Assembly (NCBI GenBank): GCA_028534125.1
Contig: CM052816.1
Span: 61,630,001 to 61,694,000 of the forward strand
Reading direction: 5' to 3'
Length of the DNA: 64,000 bases
Source of the DNA: Lama glama
Lineage: Eukaryota
Below the pieces are notes generated by a model. That model worked only from the letters and a program-made list of their open reading frames with translations, searched no databases and had not been told where the DNA came from. A program made the position numbers and the translations under genes. Below, piece by piece: positions 1-15,380 of this stretch; position 1 is the stretch's first letter; each line of letters starts with the position of its first letter.

Positions 1-195
1 TGGAAACCTGGGTTGTTCCTAGTTTTCATCTGTTATGAATAAGCTGCTTTGAACATTTGTGTGTAAATCTTTTTGTGGGCATATGTTTTCATTTCTCTTG
101 GGTAAATACTTAGGAGTGGAATTGCTGGGCAATAGGGTAGCTGTGAGTTTAGTTTTAAAAGAATCTGCCAGATGTTTTTCCAAAGTGATTTTACC

Positions 196-352
196 GGAAA
201 TATACACAAAATGTTATGATAACTCACAGAGAAAAAAAATTGTGACAATGAGTGTGTATATGTCCATGAATGACTGAAAAATTGTGCTGAACACTGGAAT
301 TTGACACAACATTGTAAAATGATTATAAATCAATAAAAAATGTTAAAAAAAA
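196..352 (+). mobile_element. 5'-truncated young L1 3' end with poly(A), nested in the older L1
   Basis: Perfect 14-bp TSD AAAGTGATTTTACC at 182-195 and 353-366; AATAAA at 332-337 then an A tail; homologous to the reverse complement of the L1 3' end at about 55820-55920. Confidence 0.85.
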
Positions 353-788
353 AAAGTGATTTTACCAGTCACACTCCCACCAACAATGTACGAGAATTCT
401 GCTTGCTCCACATCCTTGCCAACATTCAATGTTTTCAGTCTACTGGTGGGTGTATAACGTTGTCTCAGTGCAGTCTCAATTTGCATTTTCTGATATTGAT
501 TATGTTGAGCACATTTTCATGTGCATATTGAGCATTTATATATCTTTTCATGTAAAGTGTTTGTTCAAATCCTTTGCCTATTTTTAAATTGGCTAATTAT
601 CTTTTGATTCTCAATTCGTTCATTTATCAGTTTTCACAAATATTTTCTCATAATCTGTGGCTTTCTTATAACTTTTTTAGTGGTGTTTGGATGAGTATAA
701 ACTTTCAATTTTGATGAATTCTAATTTTTCAATTTTTTAATATTTTGTGATCATTGTGTTCTGTCTCCTCTCTTAAAAATCTTTTGCC

Positions 789-815
789 GATTATAAATCA
801 ATAAAAAATGTTTAA
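789..815 (+). mobile_element. 27-bp L1 terminal fragment with TSD
   Basis: GATTATAAATCAATAAAAAATGTT is identical to 321-344; flanked by a 14-bp direct repeat AAAAATCTTTTGCC (775-788, 816-829). Confidence 0.8.
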
Positions 816-3800
816 AAAAATCTTTTGCCTACCTTAATTCAAGAAGGTATTTTATGTTTTCTTCTAAAAGCCTTATGGTTTTGGTCTTTATATTTAGATC
901 TACAATCTAAAACTAATTTGAGGGTATGGTATATATTTGTAGTGTATTTGTGGACTCTATTTTTTTCATTGATCTATTTATCAATCCTATGCTAATTTTT
1001 AGGTTGATTTTAACTATATAGTTTTGGACATAGGTAATGTAAGCTCCCCCTACACTTTTGATCTCTTTTTTTTTGAGATTTATTTGAATATTCTAAGTGT
1101 TTTGCATTTACACATAAATTTTAGAATCAAGTGTTAATTTTTATGGAAAAACATCCTGGGCTTATGACTGCTGTCATGTTGAATCTATACTTCAATTCAG
1201 AAAGAACTAATATACTAATAATATTGAATTTTCCAATTTATGAACATGGTATATCTCTCCATATTTTTCTTAATTTCTCTCAGCTGTGCTTTGTAGTTTT
1301 AGATGAAGCTCTTGAAAAAATTTTTTAAACACTTTTATTGTGGTATTGAAAATCTTTTGTTCCATCTATTTCTAGCAATTTATGGCTTTGACACTATTAT
1401 AATACACGTTTAAAATTCTTCATTTTCAATTATTTGCTCTAATATATAAAAATAAAATTGATTTTTGCATATTAACTTTGTATTCTATAACCTTTCTAAA
1501 TTCCCTATGAGTTCTAATAGTTGTTTTGTAGATCGTTAAGAATTTTCTTGCTAAATAGTCATGTTATCTGGAAACAGATTATTTATTTCAATCTTTATGC
1601 CTTTTATTTTATTATCTTGCCTTAATTCCCTGCCTTGGCCTTTCAGTACAGTTTGTGCATGTGTTGACTGTATGTGTTTTTCTTCTTTATTCTATTACTA
1701 TAGTGACATAGTTGATAGTTTTATAATGTGAAACCAACATTTTATACCTGGGATAAACCCCATGTGGTGATGATTTATTATCTTTTTATGTGTTATTGGA
1801 TTTAGTTGCTAATATTTGATTAAGGATGTTTGCATCAATCTTCATAAGGAATACTGATTTGTAAATTTTTTTCTTGTTATATTTTTGACAAATTGTGGAA
1901 TCAGGGTTATTCTGGTTTCCAGAAATAGAATTTTTATTTATTTTGAAAGAGTTTGTAGGACTGATACTATTTCTTCCTTGGGATATATTTTAATAGTAAA
2001 ACCACCTAGGCTTGGTGTTTTCTTTGTGAAAATAACTTTTTATTATAAATTCAACTTCTTTAATAGATAGAGAGCTATTCAGAATTTTTTTATACTTACA
2101 TCAGTTTCTAAATCTGCGTCTTCAAGAAATTTATGTTACTTCTATGTTGTACAATTTATTGGCATGAAAACTGATTATAACATTCTCTTATTATTCTATT
2201 TAATAACTGTAGGATCTGTAGTGATGTATACTCTTTAAATTCTGATATTGATAACATGTATTTTCTCTTTTTCTTGATCAATTTTGCTTGAAGTTTATCA
2301 ATTTTATTATTCTTTTCAAAGAATCAACGTTTGGCTTTAGTACTTTTCTCTAATTTTTGTTCTTATTATTGGGGGTTTGTTTTGCTATTCTGCATTCCTA
2401 AAATTTTATGTATTCTTATTTCCTTTAGTTCAAAACATTTACTTACTTCTGTTACAATTACTTCTTTGACTCATAGGTTATTTAGAACTATGTTATTTTT
2501 ATTTCCCAGTAGTTGACATTTTCTAGATTTTTCTGTTATTAATGTATAATTTAATTCTTTTATGATCACAGCATACTCTGTATGATTTAAATTGTTTTAA
2601 TTAATTGAGATTTGGTTTATGGTATAGCTAATTGTCCATGTTGTATACTTGAAAAGGATGTGTTTTCTCCAATTATTGGATATAGTGTTCTGTATGATAA
2701 GGAGGTCAACCTGACTGATAGTATCATTCAGCTGTTTTAAATTCTTTCGGATTTTTTTCTGCTCTGATTTTTCTGTCAATTCTACAGACAAATGTTAAAA
2801 TCGTCAACTATTATATGACTTTACTTTTTTTGTGTGTGTAAGTTTTTGCATCATGTATTTTGAATTACTTTTAAAGGGTGCATATACATTTGGGATTGTT
2901 TTGTCTTACTGTAGGAGGAGAAGTAAATTTCTGAAATAATTAACATATTTAATAATTAGCATCTAGATAATTGTATACTTAGTAAATTAACCCTGGGTTT
3001 ATAATAAGCATTAACTGAAGGTAATCAGTAATGTGACTTCCCTTTTAGGGAGGCATCTTAAATCCCTTCTGGAAATAATAGTGGTACCTCTTCTGAAAAC
3101 TTATTGTAGCAGAGGAAGCTGAACATATCTTCAGCTGTAAAAAAAAAAAAAAGAGAATAGATTTATTTCTATTATTATCACATAGAGTGGGCTAAGGAAT
3201 ACAACCATAGCATTTATATGTCCTGCCTATCAAATACCATCTTACAAAATTAATGCTAAAATTGAATAAGTAAAAGACTCATGTTCTCTTTTTAAAGCTT
3301 GATACATAAAAAGTTACATTAAATTTCAAAACATTACAATAAAAAATGGGGAAAGAACTATACTGGGTAGCAATGAAAAAAAAATCCCAGTAAGGTCTGT
3401 GGAGATTTAGAGCAATTTTATTCATGAGAATCTTATAAAAATAAATATAATACCTTGATTATCAGTTCAGGAAGAAATTATTTTATTTATTATTTGTTAT
3501 TTCTGTGCTCAGTAGAGCAAAATTTATCGTTAATATAAGCCTAATAGTAACATTATAAGTTATATAGATGTTCTATAGCCTGTAGACATTGAAAATGGAA
3601 GAAAACATGGACTTCAGCCAAAAGTTGTAAACTGACGGTTTAGGAACCATTTTTACTTATATACATGTTTTAGCCTCCACATTTGAAAACTTTAAATGAG
3701 TTGCCAAGAAGAGGTTATATTTTTAAAATCTATGTGTTTAATCTTCTGGAAAAACAGGCTGTCTGACAACAGTCAACTGTAACAGGAATCTCCTTTAATG

Positions 3801-4861
3801 GACTATTCTTTCTCTAATTTATCATTGTCTCCACCACTCAGTTGATTTCCCTTTTACTTCACCCTACAGAAACCTAGTTTCCACCTTTACTAAGACCTAG
3901 ACATGTCATTTCATCTTGCTGCATAGTTTTCCTCATTAGAGGTGGTCTTTATTTCAGAGAAGTTTTATCAGCATCATTAGAGTAAGGACAAAGTGTTCTT
4001 CATGAAACTTCATGAAATGAAGGTTCACAGAAAGTATTTTTAAGTCATAATTTCAATCAGTAATTATATATTTATAAATAGCTTTATGTGTGCTGTTTTG
4101 AATAAAATAAATCTATGTTTATTGCTACTTTTCCAATATACTAAGAAGTTATGATACAAACTCTGCTTGATTTTTTTAAATTGCTACCATTTATGCCTAT
4201 TTTTCACATCAGCCTTAAAAATACAAATTTCAATGACAAAATGAAAATGCTCAAGTTATTATATGCATTTATTCACAATATAAAATTAGATGTTTTAGTT
4301 ATTTGAGTTTATTTTTTAAGTTTTTATTAAGTTATTTCAGCTAAAAAAGTTTAACACTATGTAATATTTATCTTTATTAATCTCATAAGAATTATTCAAA
4401 TTTAAAGCTATAATTAATTTTGACTTTGATTTGCTAATCTTATAAGAATTTATCTCCATGATAAAGCCATGTTCATGGAATATGACATGTTTAAAGCAAG
4501 TACAAGTTTAGTTTTGTTTTACAACTAGCATATCTGCTTGAAGTAGCAGTTTTTATATCATCTTCAGTAACAAGTGACAATTTGCAGAAATTCCTATTTG
4601 TCATACAAGGTCATTCTCAAGGCCTTCTTAAACTGTATTTCCTTAGTTTTTTTTTTTAATAGCTTTTATTTCATTCATTTTTTCAACATTTAGTTACCTC
4701 CACTGTGATGCCTTTTGTCTAAAATACATTGAAAATATATATGGGAAATACCTGAAAATTTCAAACCTTAAGATTACTCATTGGGTCCTCCTTCCATTTG
4801 CATAAGCAATGAAAATAAGCATGAAACTTAAGCAAAGGAGGAGAGAAACCTACACAACTAG

Positions 4862-5149
<288 letters not shown>

Positions 5150-6529
5150 TGAGACTTCCGTCTTTTTTCTCAGATGGTAGCTCCTAATTAATACTATGCT
5201 TATTTTTAATAAAGAGAGCTACATTTTAGAGTAATTTAATTTTTAATAAAGAAATATACATAGTTAAAGATAGAATTATCCATTCATATTCAAGCACCAT
5301 GTAAATGTGATTTATTGTGGTGTTTTAGTTATGTTTATAGTGATTGCTAGAGCTATGAAAATATTTTGGACTTTAATTTCTATTATTCTTCCGTTCTGTT
5401 TACAAACAACATGCTAGAAGACAGAGATTCAACTCTTACTTCATATGGCTGCCATATGTTCTTAATGAAAGATTATTTGATATATTTCATAGCAAAATTT
5501 TTCCTAGAAGTGTGAAACAACTGTGCTTCTCCCACTTTGTCTTCTTTTGAAGCATTTATAATGCTTTTCATTATAGAGTTAGTCTTTACCTTACCAAAGT
5601 GTTTACTTCAGAGAATTAGCCAGACCAGTTGGGAATTGCAGGAGCAAATCCATGCTGTTTTTCTAGACCTGTGTATGAATTTTTTCATAAGAAAAGCCAC
5701 AAAAATGAAGATTACCTTAACTTTTTGCCTTGCTTGTTTTTGTCTTACCTTAAAAAGAAGCACAATATTAAGTGCCAGAAACTGAGAAAGATGAGATAAA
5801 AACACTATTTTACTTAGTCTCATAATTTCTTGAAAGTTTCTATCCTTCTGGTTAACTTGCTTCCAAATATATCCAATGATCCTGTGTGTGTTTGTGTTAT
5901 TTCTGGGACAGTATTAAACTTTTTTCAGATAACAAAGATCCAGGTACATGTTGAATTCAGCCATTACTTGCCTAGTATCAATGGCTAAAGGTCAAATTAC
6001 ATATTTAAGTGCCAAAGTATGTACTTAAAGTATATAAAAATCCACATTTCTATGGTTAAATTTAAAATTGAAAGGTAGAATTTCAGCCTCTAATGTTGCG
6101 TGTTTACATCTCCTTTTTGTTTATGGTAATTTTCTTCAGCTAATGGAAATAGGTATTTAGTTTTAGAGATACATCCAAGTATGAATTTCGCATCTAATCC
6201 TTGACACTAACACTAACAGTTGGATATCCAGTAGAGCCAGTGGTCTAGAAAGGACAAACCATAATGCCCAGTCAAGACTCTTGTCCTTACAACCCTCAGT
6301 AGGCTCATACACCATTTTCCTTAGTTCTTGCATTTCTTGATTGAGGGCATAAGTAAGAGCCCACGTACAATATCTATAAATGAAGAAGAAATCTAGGTTA
6401 GAAATATAGGCATGCATAAGTTCCTGGGGAATCAGAATTTTTTTTTCTTTAAACTAATGAGTTGAGAAATGTTAACTAAATGAAAGTGTGAATGTAAAAG
6501 TGGAAAGAAGAAAGTATTTCCTGTTTTGA

Positions 6530-6898
<369 letters not shown>

Positions 6899-7185
6899 TA
6901 AACGCGGCTTCCTGTAAGATATTTTAAGGAAGTCCTATTCCCTTCCTACTTGATTTCGTTTAGCCACGTTTCTTTAAGATGAGAATTCCCACAGAGCATT
7001 GATGTGGAAGCCAATATTATACATGTTGAGACTTTAATGATCTCTTGAGATAGTTTTAGAGAAAAAGACAAATATTGTAGAAGTATTCTTGAACCCAGAG
7101 GCAAACTTGCTTATTATCATAATTTATAAATTGTAAAGTCAAGGATAGTGTGGAAAAATAAGGAAACTTATTAACAACTGAATAG

Positions 7186-7368
<183 letters not shown>

Positions 7369-7524
7369 TAATGAGGAAAGGAGCACAGTATCATGAAGGA
7401 AGACATATACTACCTTGAGGTAAAACACTTTTCAGGCTAAAAAGAAGGAAGTTCTATTTGAAAGAACTAAACAAAAATATTAGTAGTTTATAGCTTACTC
7501 TTCACTGGGTTGGTTATTTGATTT

Positions 7525-10500
7525 TTTAAAATCAATTTTATTGATGTATAATTTATATATAATAAAATATATCCATTATGAGTGTACAGTTCAAACTGTA
7601 TTTACAGTTCTTTATCTCTATATATCCATATAAATACCACAACCAAGATGTAGAACATTTCTGAGTCTAAAACATACTCTAAATACCCTTTGCCATCAGA
7701 TACCCTGAGCTTTAGCCTCAGAAAACATTGCTCTTTCTTCTGACATTATATTATTATTTTCTGACATTGTTATTTTACTTTAAATTATTCTGGAATTTCA
7801 CATAAATGGAATCATACAGTACATACTCTTACATCTGGCTTTTTTTTTTTTTTTGGTTCAGCATAATGTTTTTGATATTCATTTGTACTGTTGAGTATAT
7901 CTGAAATTCATTGCTTTTGACTGCCGAATTGTATTCCATTGTGTGGATATACTGTAGTTTCTCCATTCACTTGTTGATAGAGATTTGGATCATTTCCAGT
8001 CTTCAACTATTATGAATAAATCTTCTATGAATGTTCATAGACAAGCTTTGTGTGGACATGTATTTTTATTTCTCCTAGATAAAAAGCCTAGGAGTGAAAT
8101 CAGTGGGTCATATGATAAGTACATATTTAACTGTATAAGAAATTAACTGTTTTGCAAAGTGATTTTATCATTTATATTCCCACCAGTTATGTGGGTTCAG
8201 TTGCTCTACATCCTTGTCAATATTTAGTATTGTCAGTCTTCTTAATTTTACCCATATATATATATTTTTTTATCAAGTATCTAAACAAATATTTTTGCCT
8301 TTTTATTTTTTTCTTTCTATCAAGTTTTAAGGGTTCTTTATATATTCTAGATATGTCTTTGTTCAAATATATGTTTTATGAATATTTTCTTCTAGTCTGT
8401 GATTTGATTTGTTTATTCCTGTTCTTAATGATTTCTTTTAATTTTGATGAGATCTAATTTATTAATTTTTTATGGTTTGTGTTTTCATGTCCTACCTTAG
8501 AAATTTTACCTACCCCAATGTTGCAAAGATTGTCCTCAGTGTTCCTTAGAAAAATTGTGGGTTTAGCTTTTACATTTAGATATGTGACCCATTTTGAACT
8601 TTTCTGTCAGACATACATTAAAAGTTGATTATTTTAATTATTTTCATGTGGATATTCAATAACTATAGCACCGTTTGTTCAAAAGACTATTATTTCTCCC
8701 ATTAAATTACCTTGACATTTTTGTTAGAGATCAATTGCACATGAACATATGGATCTATTTCTCTTCCCTCCCATTGATCCTTATGGCTATTCTTAAACCA
8801 AACCACACTGTATTATAGAGATTTCCACTAGGTCTTGAAAACAGGAAGCCTTAGGTCCTCAAATTTGTTCTTCTTTCTCAAAATTATTTTTGCTTTTCTA
8901 GGTCCCTTACATTTCTATTTACATTTTAGAATCAACTTGTCAATTTCTACAAAAAGATTATATGGAATCTATAGATCAATTTGGGGAGAATTGACATCTT
9001 AAACATATTATCTTCTAGTATGTAAAAAGACTTACTTATAGATTTATGTGTCTTTACATTTGTTCACTAATGCTTATTTTTCCATGTACAGTTCTTGCAC
9101 ATACATATTTTAAAAAATCTATCACTAAATATGTCATTCTCTTTGATATTATTGTAAGTAATATTGATATCTTAATTTCATTTTCAAATTATCAGTTGTT
9201 GTACAGCAACACAATTTATTTTTGTATTAGCCTCATGTCCTGTGACCTGGTTATGTCACTTATTAGTTCTAATACTTGTTTTGTAGATTTCTTTGGATTT
9301 TCAACATAGATTATCATGTCATACTTGAACAAAGGCAGTTTTACTTCCATCTTTCCAATATTTATGTCTTTTATTTCTTTTTCTTGTCTTAAAATAGTAG
9401 TCAGGATTTTCAGTACAATGTTGAATAGAAATGAGGAGACTGGACATCCTTTCGTTGTTACCAATCTTAACGGGAAAATACTGTTTTTTTATCATCAAAT
9501 ATGTTAGCTAGAAGATTTATATAGATGCCCTTTATTAGGTTCAGGAAGTTCCCTTCTTTTTCTAGTTCTGGGAGTTTTCTTCATGAATGGATTTTGAGGT
9601 TTATTGTGTGATCATGTGTTATTTTTCTCTTCTTTTCCCTGTTAATATAGTAAATGCATTGATTGGTTTTCAGATGTTATATCAATCTAGCATTCTTGGG
9701 ATTAAAAATCACTTTGTCATAAATGTATTATCCTTCTTATATATTGCTGCAATTGGTTTACTAATCTATTAAGAATATTTGCATCTATGTTCATGAGGGA
9801 CATTGCTCTATAGAGTTTTCTTGTAATATCTTTGTTAGTTTTTATATCAGGATAAACCTGGCCTCATAAAATGCATTGGGAAGTATTCCTTTCTCCTCTG
9901 TTTTCTGAAAGAGTCTGGGTAAAATTGGTATTATTTCTTAATGTTTGATAGAATTCTACTGTGAATCCATTGGAGCTGGAGTTTTCTTTATGAGAAGTTT
10001 TTAATGAAAAATTAAATTTCTGTAATAGCTATAAACTTGTAGAATTTATTGGCATAATGTGCATAATATTCCTTTACTATCCTTTTAATGTCTGTAGGCT
10101 CTGTAGTGATGGCTCTTCTTTCATTCCTCACATTGGTGATTTGTGTCTTCTTTTTCTTGATTATTATAGTGAGGGGTTTGTTAATTTTATTGATCTTTTC
10201 AAAGAACAGGCTTTTGGTTCAAAAGGCTTTTTTCTGTAATTTTTCTGTTTTTCATTACATTGATTTCCTCTCATCTCTTTATTATTTCCTTTTTTGCTCT
10301 TCACTTTGTGTTATTTTTCTAGCTTCTCAAGATAGAAACTTAGATTATTGATTTTTAAAATCATTTCTACTCTAAAATAAGCATTTTGCACCATTAATTT
10401 CTCTCTAAGCACCACTTTAATTTCATCCTATGTATTTTGATGTGTTATTTTTTCATTAACACTTGAATTAAAATATTTTCTTGTTTACCATGCGGCTCAT

Positions 10501-12760
10501 GGCTTAGAAGGTATTATTCAATTTCCAAATACTTGAGGGGTTTCCATATGCTGTTACTGATTTTTAGTTTAATTCTTTTATGGGCACAGAACCTTCTCTG
10601 TATGATTTTAGTTCTTTGGTTGAGGTTTGTTTTATGACTCAGAGTATTGTCTATCTTAGTGCATGTTCCATGTGCACTTGAGAAGAATGTATATTCTGAT
10701 GTTATTGTGTTTAATATTCCATAAATGTCAATTAAACAGGTTGATAGCTTTATTCAAGTCTTCTATATTCTTATTTATTTTCTGCCTCCTTGCTTTAGCA
10801 AAAATTGAAAAGCCATATTCAAATCTCCAACTAGAGCTGTGGATTTGTTTATTTCTTCCATTAATTTGTAAGATTTTGCTTCATTTATTTAGAACTTTGT
10901 TGTTAGGTGTATAGACATTTAAGATTGTTAGATTTTCTTGATATATTGAGAATTTTATAATTATCAAATGTTCCTCTTTATCTCTTATAATATTGTTTGA
11001 TCTGTGTCTATTCTGTCTGATACTAATCTAGCTATTCAGATAACTTTTAATTAGTCTTTGCATGGTAAATTCTTTTCCATTCATCCACTTTTCACGTATA
11101 AGTGTTCCTGAGCCTAAAGCATATTTATTTCAGACAACATATAGTTTGATTCTTATTTCTTATTTTGTCTAACCATCTTTGCTTTTTAAATTTCAATCTC
11201 TAGTAGCGGAGGGAGTTGACACACCTTTTTCTGTAATGGGCCAGAGAGTAAATATTTTCAGCTTTACAAGACAAGATATCTCTATCTCAGCTATTCAGTT
11301 CTGTTATTATAGTGTGAAAGCAGACATACATAATACAAAAATAAAAGTTTGTAAATAACTTTATTTATAAAACAGGTAGTGGGCCATAGTTTGCCAACTC
11401 CTTGTTTGGATCATTTATATTTAATATAATTATTAAAATCATTGGGTTTAAGTCTACCATTTTGCTATTTTTCTGTTTGTTCCATGTGTTTTGTCCTTTA
11501 TCCTCCTTTTATGTCTTCTTTTAGATTTGTCAAATGTTTTATAGTATTCTATTTGATCTCTAGTAATGGCTTATTAGCTCTTCTTCTTTGTTCTGCTTAA
11601 TTAGTGGTTGGCTCTAGAGTTTACAAAGTGCATCTTTAATTTATCACAACACACCTTCAAATAATATTACACCATGTTATGTATAATGTGAGACCCTTAA
11701 AACAGTTTACTTTCATTCTTTGTGCAATTTTTTTAAAAATACATTTTACTTCTTAATATGTTATAAAACCCATAGTACATTATTTTTTGTTTTAAAGAGC
11801 CATTTATCTTCTTAAGAAATTTAAAAATAAGAAAAATTACATTCTATTTTCCTACATGTTTACTGTATCTGGCATATATTCTTTCTTTATATAGATCTGA
11901 GCATCCATCTATATATATCTTCTAGTTTCTCCTCACTATATTCATTTTTCTTTAAAATCCTATTTTAACTATTTAAACAGAATAGCTGCTTGAAAATTAT
12001 TTTCTGCTAATTCTATAATTTCTGTTATCTCTGAGTCTGTTTCTTTTACTTGGCTTTCTTCTTGGTTTGGACCATATTTTCCCCCTTCTTTCCATTTGTA
12101 GTGGTTTTTCATTAGATGTACAGTGTGAACATTTTTTTATTGAGTGTATGGATTCTGTTTTTTTCCTTTAAAGATTGTTAAGTAACTTGTAGATGAGCTT
12201 GATCCTTTTGAGGTGTGTTTTTGAGCTTCGTTTGGGTGAGTCTCAAGTGGTCTTGAGTTTAGAGTTTGCTCAGCTCTACTAAAAAGGCATGATTCTCTAC
12301 TTAATGCCCTTCTGGTTGAATCTCTCTGAATTCTCACTCTCGAAATTTTTCTGCTTATGGCTCCATAGCAGTTTTTTGGCCTGGCTTCATGGAGTTGTAT
12401 CCTATGCGTACACAGATTACTATTCAGCAACAAATTCCCTCCTGTAATTCTCTGGTTCTACAAATTCTGGCCATCTTGGCCTTCCCAACTTCTGATCTCT
12501 GTCTTCTAACTCATTGAGACCACCATGCTCTGCTTGGGTTCTTCTGGTCTACACTGACAGAAAGTGCCTCCAGGCAGAAAGCTGGAGAGATTATATGACG
12601 CACCTTGTTTCCTTTTTTGCATGTCAACAGTCCTGCATAGTCTTATAGCCAATGTCTAAAAACTGCTGATTCATATATTTTGTGAGTTTTCTAGTTGTTT
12701 ACAATTAGAGGAGAAGGTAATCCCAGTTATGTTACCATGTGAAGAAGTGGAAATTCTGTT
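7525..12760 (-). mobile_element. Old L1M-type element (about 5 kb, degraded), antisense
   Basis: Starts with a reversed L1 3' UTR (ttttattgatgtataattta...); minus-strand ORF 9216-9464 resembles ORF2 RT (GCPVSSFLFNIVL...LPLFKYDMIIYVENPK). Confidence 0.85.
11209..11403. mobile_element. MER58A-like hAT-Charlie non-autonomous DNA transposon inserted in the L1
   Basis: ttttctgtaatgggccagagagtaaatattttcagcttt ... gggccatagtttgccaactcc resembles the MER58 consensus as I recall it, with degenerate TIRs. Confidence 0.75.
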
Positions 12761-13994
12761 TATTTGATTTTTGATCCCTTGAGGTTTAGATTCTAGAGAC
12801 TGTTATGAAATCTGGATGAATTCTTATTCCCCTTAAAATGTCATTCCTTTTTCCTTATATGTTTTAAAATTAAGACTACATCTAGAATGCATATTTAGAT
12901 AGAATACCAAGAAGACTCCTTTATTTTTATTTAAGAAGACTCCATTATTTTTATACCATAATTTTAGACTCTTTTCTGCATCAGCAAAACAAAAATAAGG
13001 TTTCTAATGTCAGATTTTTCCCTTTGATAATTCTCTGTTCATAATGCCACATCCTCCTCCCTTATCAAATTCTTATTCAGCCCCTCTTAAATGCTTAGTG
13101 TTTTTCTAAACTATGTTATGGTACCAGCAAGGGTGAGTTAGGATTCCTTCACTGAGTAGTTAAAAAAATGGAAAGTGGGAGCTTAAATTGAAGGAGAATT
13201 CAAAGATGCTAGAGATTTTGTTTTTATTTTTGTTTTTACTATTCCATATTATACATGCTCAAATGTCCTTATATAACCTAAGTAATTCTGATGTTTCAAA
13301 TGAGACAGAGAACCACTGTAAGAGTTGAAAATAAAAATTTTGAAATACAAGACAAATTTAAGACTAATTCTTAAAATTGGTTGACATGTTCCTATTGCAA
13401 AAAGTTAATTAAATTTATTTTTGACTATTAAATGGATTTCACAACATATCTGAAGTAAAGAAAGTACAGGTATATTTGCCATGCAGATGGGGGTTGGGGA
13501 ATGAAAATGCTCTATATTCTTAAGGACAAGTGGTAGAAATCCGGAGAGTCAGACACTCTCTCCCGTATGACACTTTGGGACTGTTTGTTCATCTCACCTG
13601 GTGAAGTTTTTGAAGAAGCTAGCATACTAACAAAAAAATTAAACTGACATTTTTGTTACTGGCAAAGTATGGTAATCATTATCAAAATGATCACTCCTAT
13701 TTATTTATAGAAGTTTTTGTGTAATAGTGCTAATAGCCCTTTTTCTATCACATATTTTAAAACTTTTTAATGTATTTTTCCTATAAAAGTTTTAAAATTA
13801 TGCATACGTATCTATTAATCTTTTTCTTTATAGTTTTTGAGGGTTTTGTCATGCTTAGAAAAGCTTTTCATACCCCAATTTTTTTTAAAGTGCTTCCACA
13901 TTTTCTCCTAGCATTTTATGATATAACTATATTTACATTTAAATATTTACTCATCTGGCATTTATTCCTTTCTCTCTTTTTTTAAAACTTTGGG

Positions 13995-14495
13995 TTTTTT
14001 TTTTTTGAGGTAAGATTGAAATGCTTCAGTCACTTCAAACATTTTAAAGTGAACAATTAGTGGCATTTAGTACATTCCAAAATATTTTAATGACCCTAAA
14101 AGGAACTCGGTGTCCATTAAGCAGATACTTTCTCTTCCCCAGCCCCTGGCAACCACCAATATGCTTTTTGTCCCTATGGATTTACCTATTCTGATATTTC
14201 ATATAAACAGGAACATATAGTATGTGACCTTTCCTGTCTAGCCTCTTCCACTTAGTGTAATGTTTTTAGTTTCATCCTCACTGAAGCATGTTATCAGTAC
14301 TATTCCTTCTTATGGCTGAATAATATTCCATTGTGTTGTATGTACCACAATTTGTTTCCTTTCATCCACTGATGGACATTTGGGTTACTTCTACCTTTGG
14401 CTTTTGGAAATAATGCTACTATGACTATGCATGTACAAATATTTGTTTGAGTACCTATTTTCATTTCTTCTGCATATATAACTAGGAGTAGAGTT
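13995..14495 (-). mobile_element. L1MB/L1MA-type 3' fragment, antisense
   Basis: Poly-T start, cccagcccctggcaaccaccaat motif; ORF 14300-14539 resembles the ORF2 C-terminus (PNVHQW...NKLWYI..NGILFSHKKE). Confidence 0.8.
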
Positions 14496-15031
14496 GTAGT
14501 ATTTATTCTTATATAAAGAATGAGACATAAATTCAGCAAATTTTTTTTTTGCCAAAAAGCTAGTCTTTTGTCTTAGTTCCATTTCTTGTTATCTTTCCTT
14601 TACTAATTTAAGATGCTTTCTTTGTCACATAACTAATTCTCAGATGTACTTGGCTGTTTGGTTCCATTTTTCTATCAGTCTGTGTGCATACCACAGATTG
14701 TTCCCGCCCCGTATTTATGTAATTACTGTTTTAATATTTGCATAGGAAAGTCTGCTCCCTACCCCACCCCATCCCCAGTTATTCCTTTGTCATAATTTTC
14801 CTTGCTAGTTACACATTTTTATTCTTCCAGATAGGCCTTTCATTCCCTCCTATCAATAGCATTATAAATACGTAATATCTTCTTGACAGTCACATGGAAA
14901 ATTACTATTTTAATTTGTATTTGAGAAAATGGTCAAGAATCCCATCTCTAAATGGAAGTGGATATTTGTTGTATACTTGAGTGCAGTTATTAATCTGTGA
15001 CATTGTGTTAAATGAAGTTTTACATTTTTAG

Positions 15032-15380
<349 letters not shown>

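Larger units (their letters stand above)
1..2910 (-). mobile_element. Old, degraded L1 (L1M-type) fragment antisense to the gene
   Basis: T-rich; minus-strand translations resemble L1 ORF2 C-terminus (PAIPLLSIYPREMKTY) and endonuclease-region remnants; many stops and frameshifts. Confidence 0.8.

Noticed and set aside
3139..3152. A14 run as another poly(A)-only insertion
   Set aside because: No flanking direct repeat found; a simple mononucleotide run
8152..10914. Hydrophobic Phe/Leu/Ile-rich ORFs resembling small membrane proteins
   Set aside because: They result from translating T-rich antisense L1 sequence, with no splice or domain support
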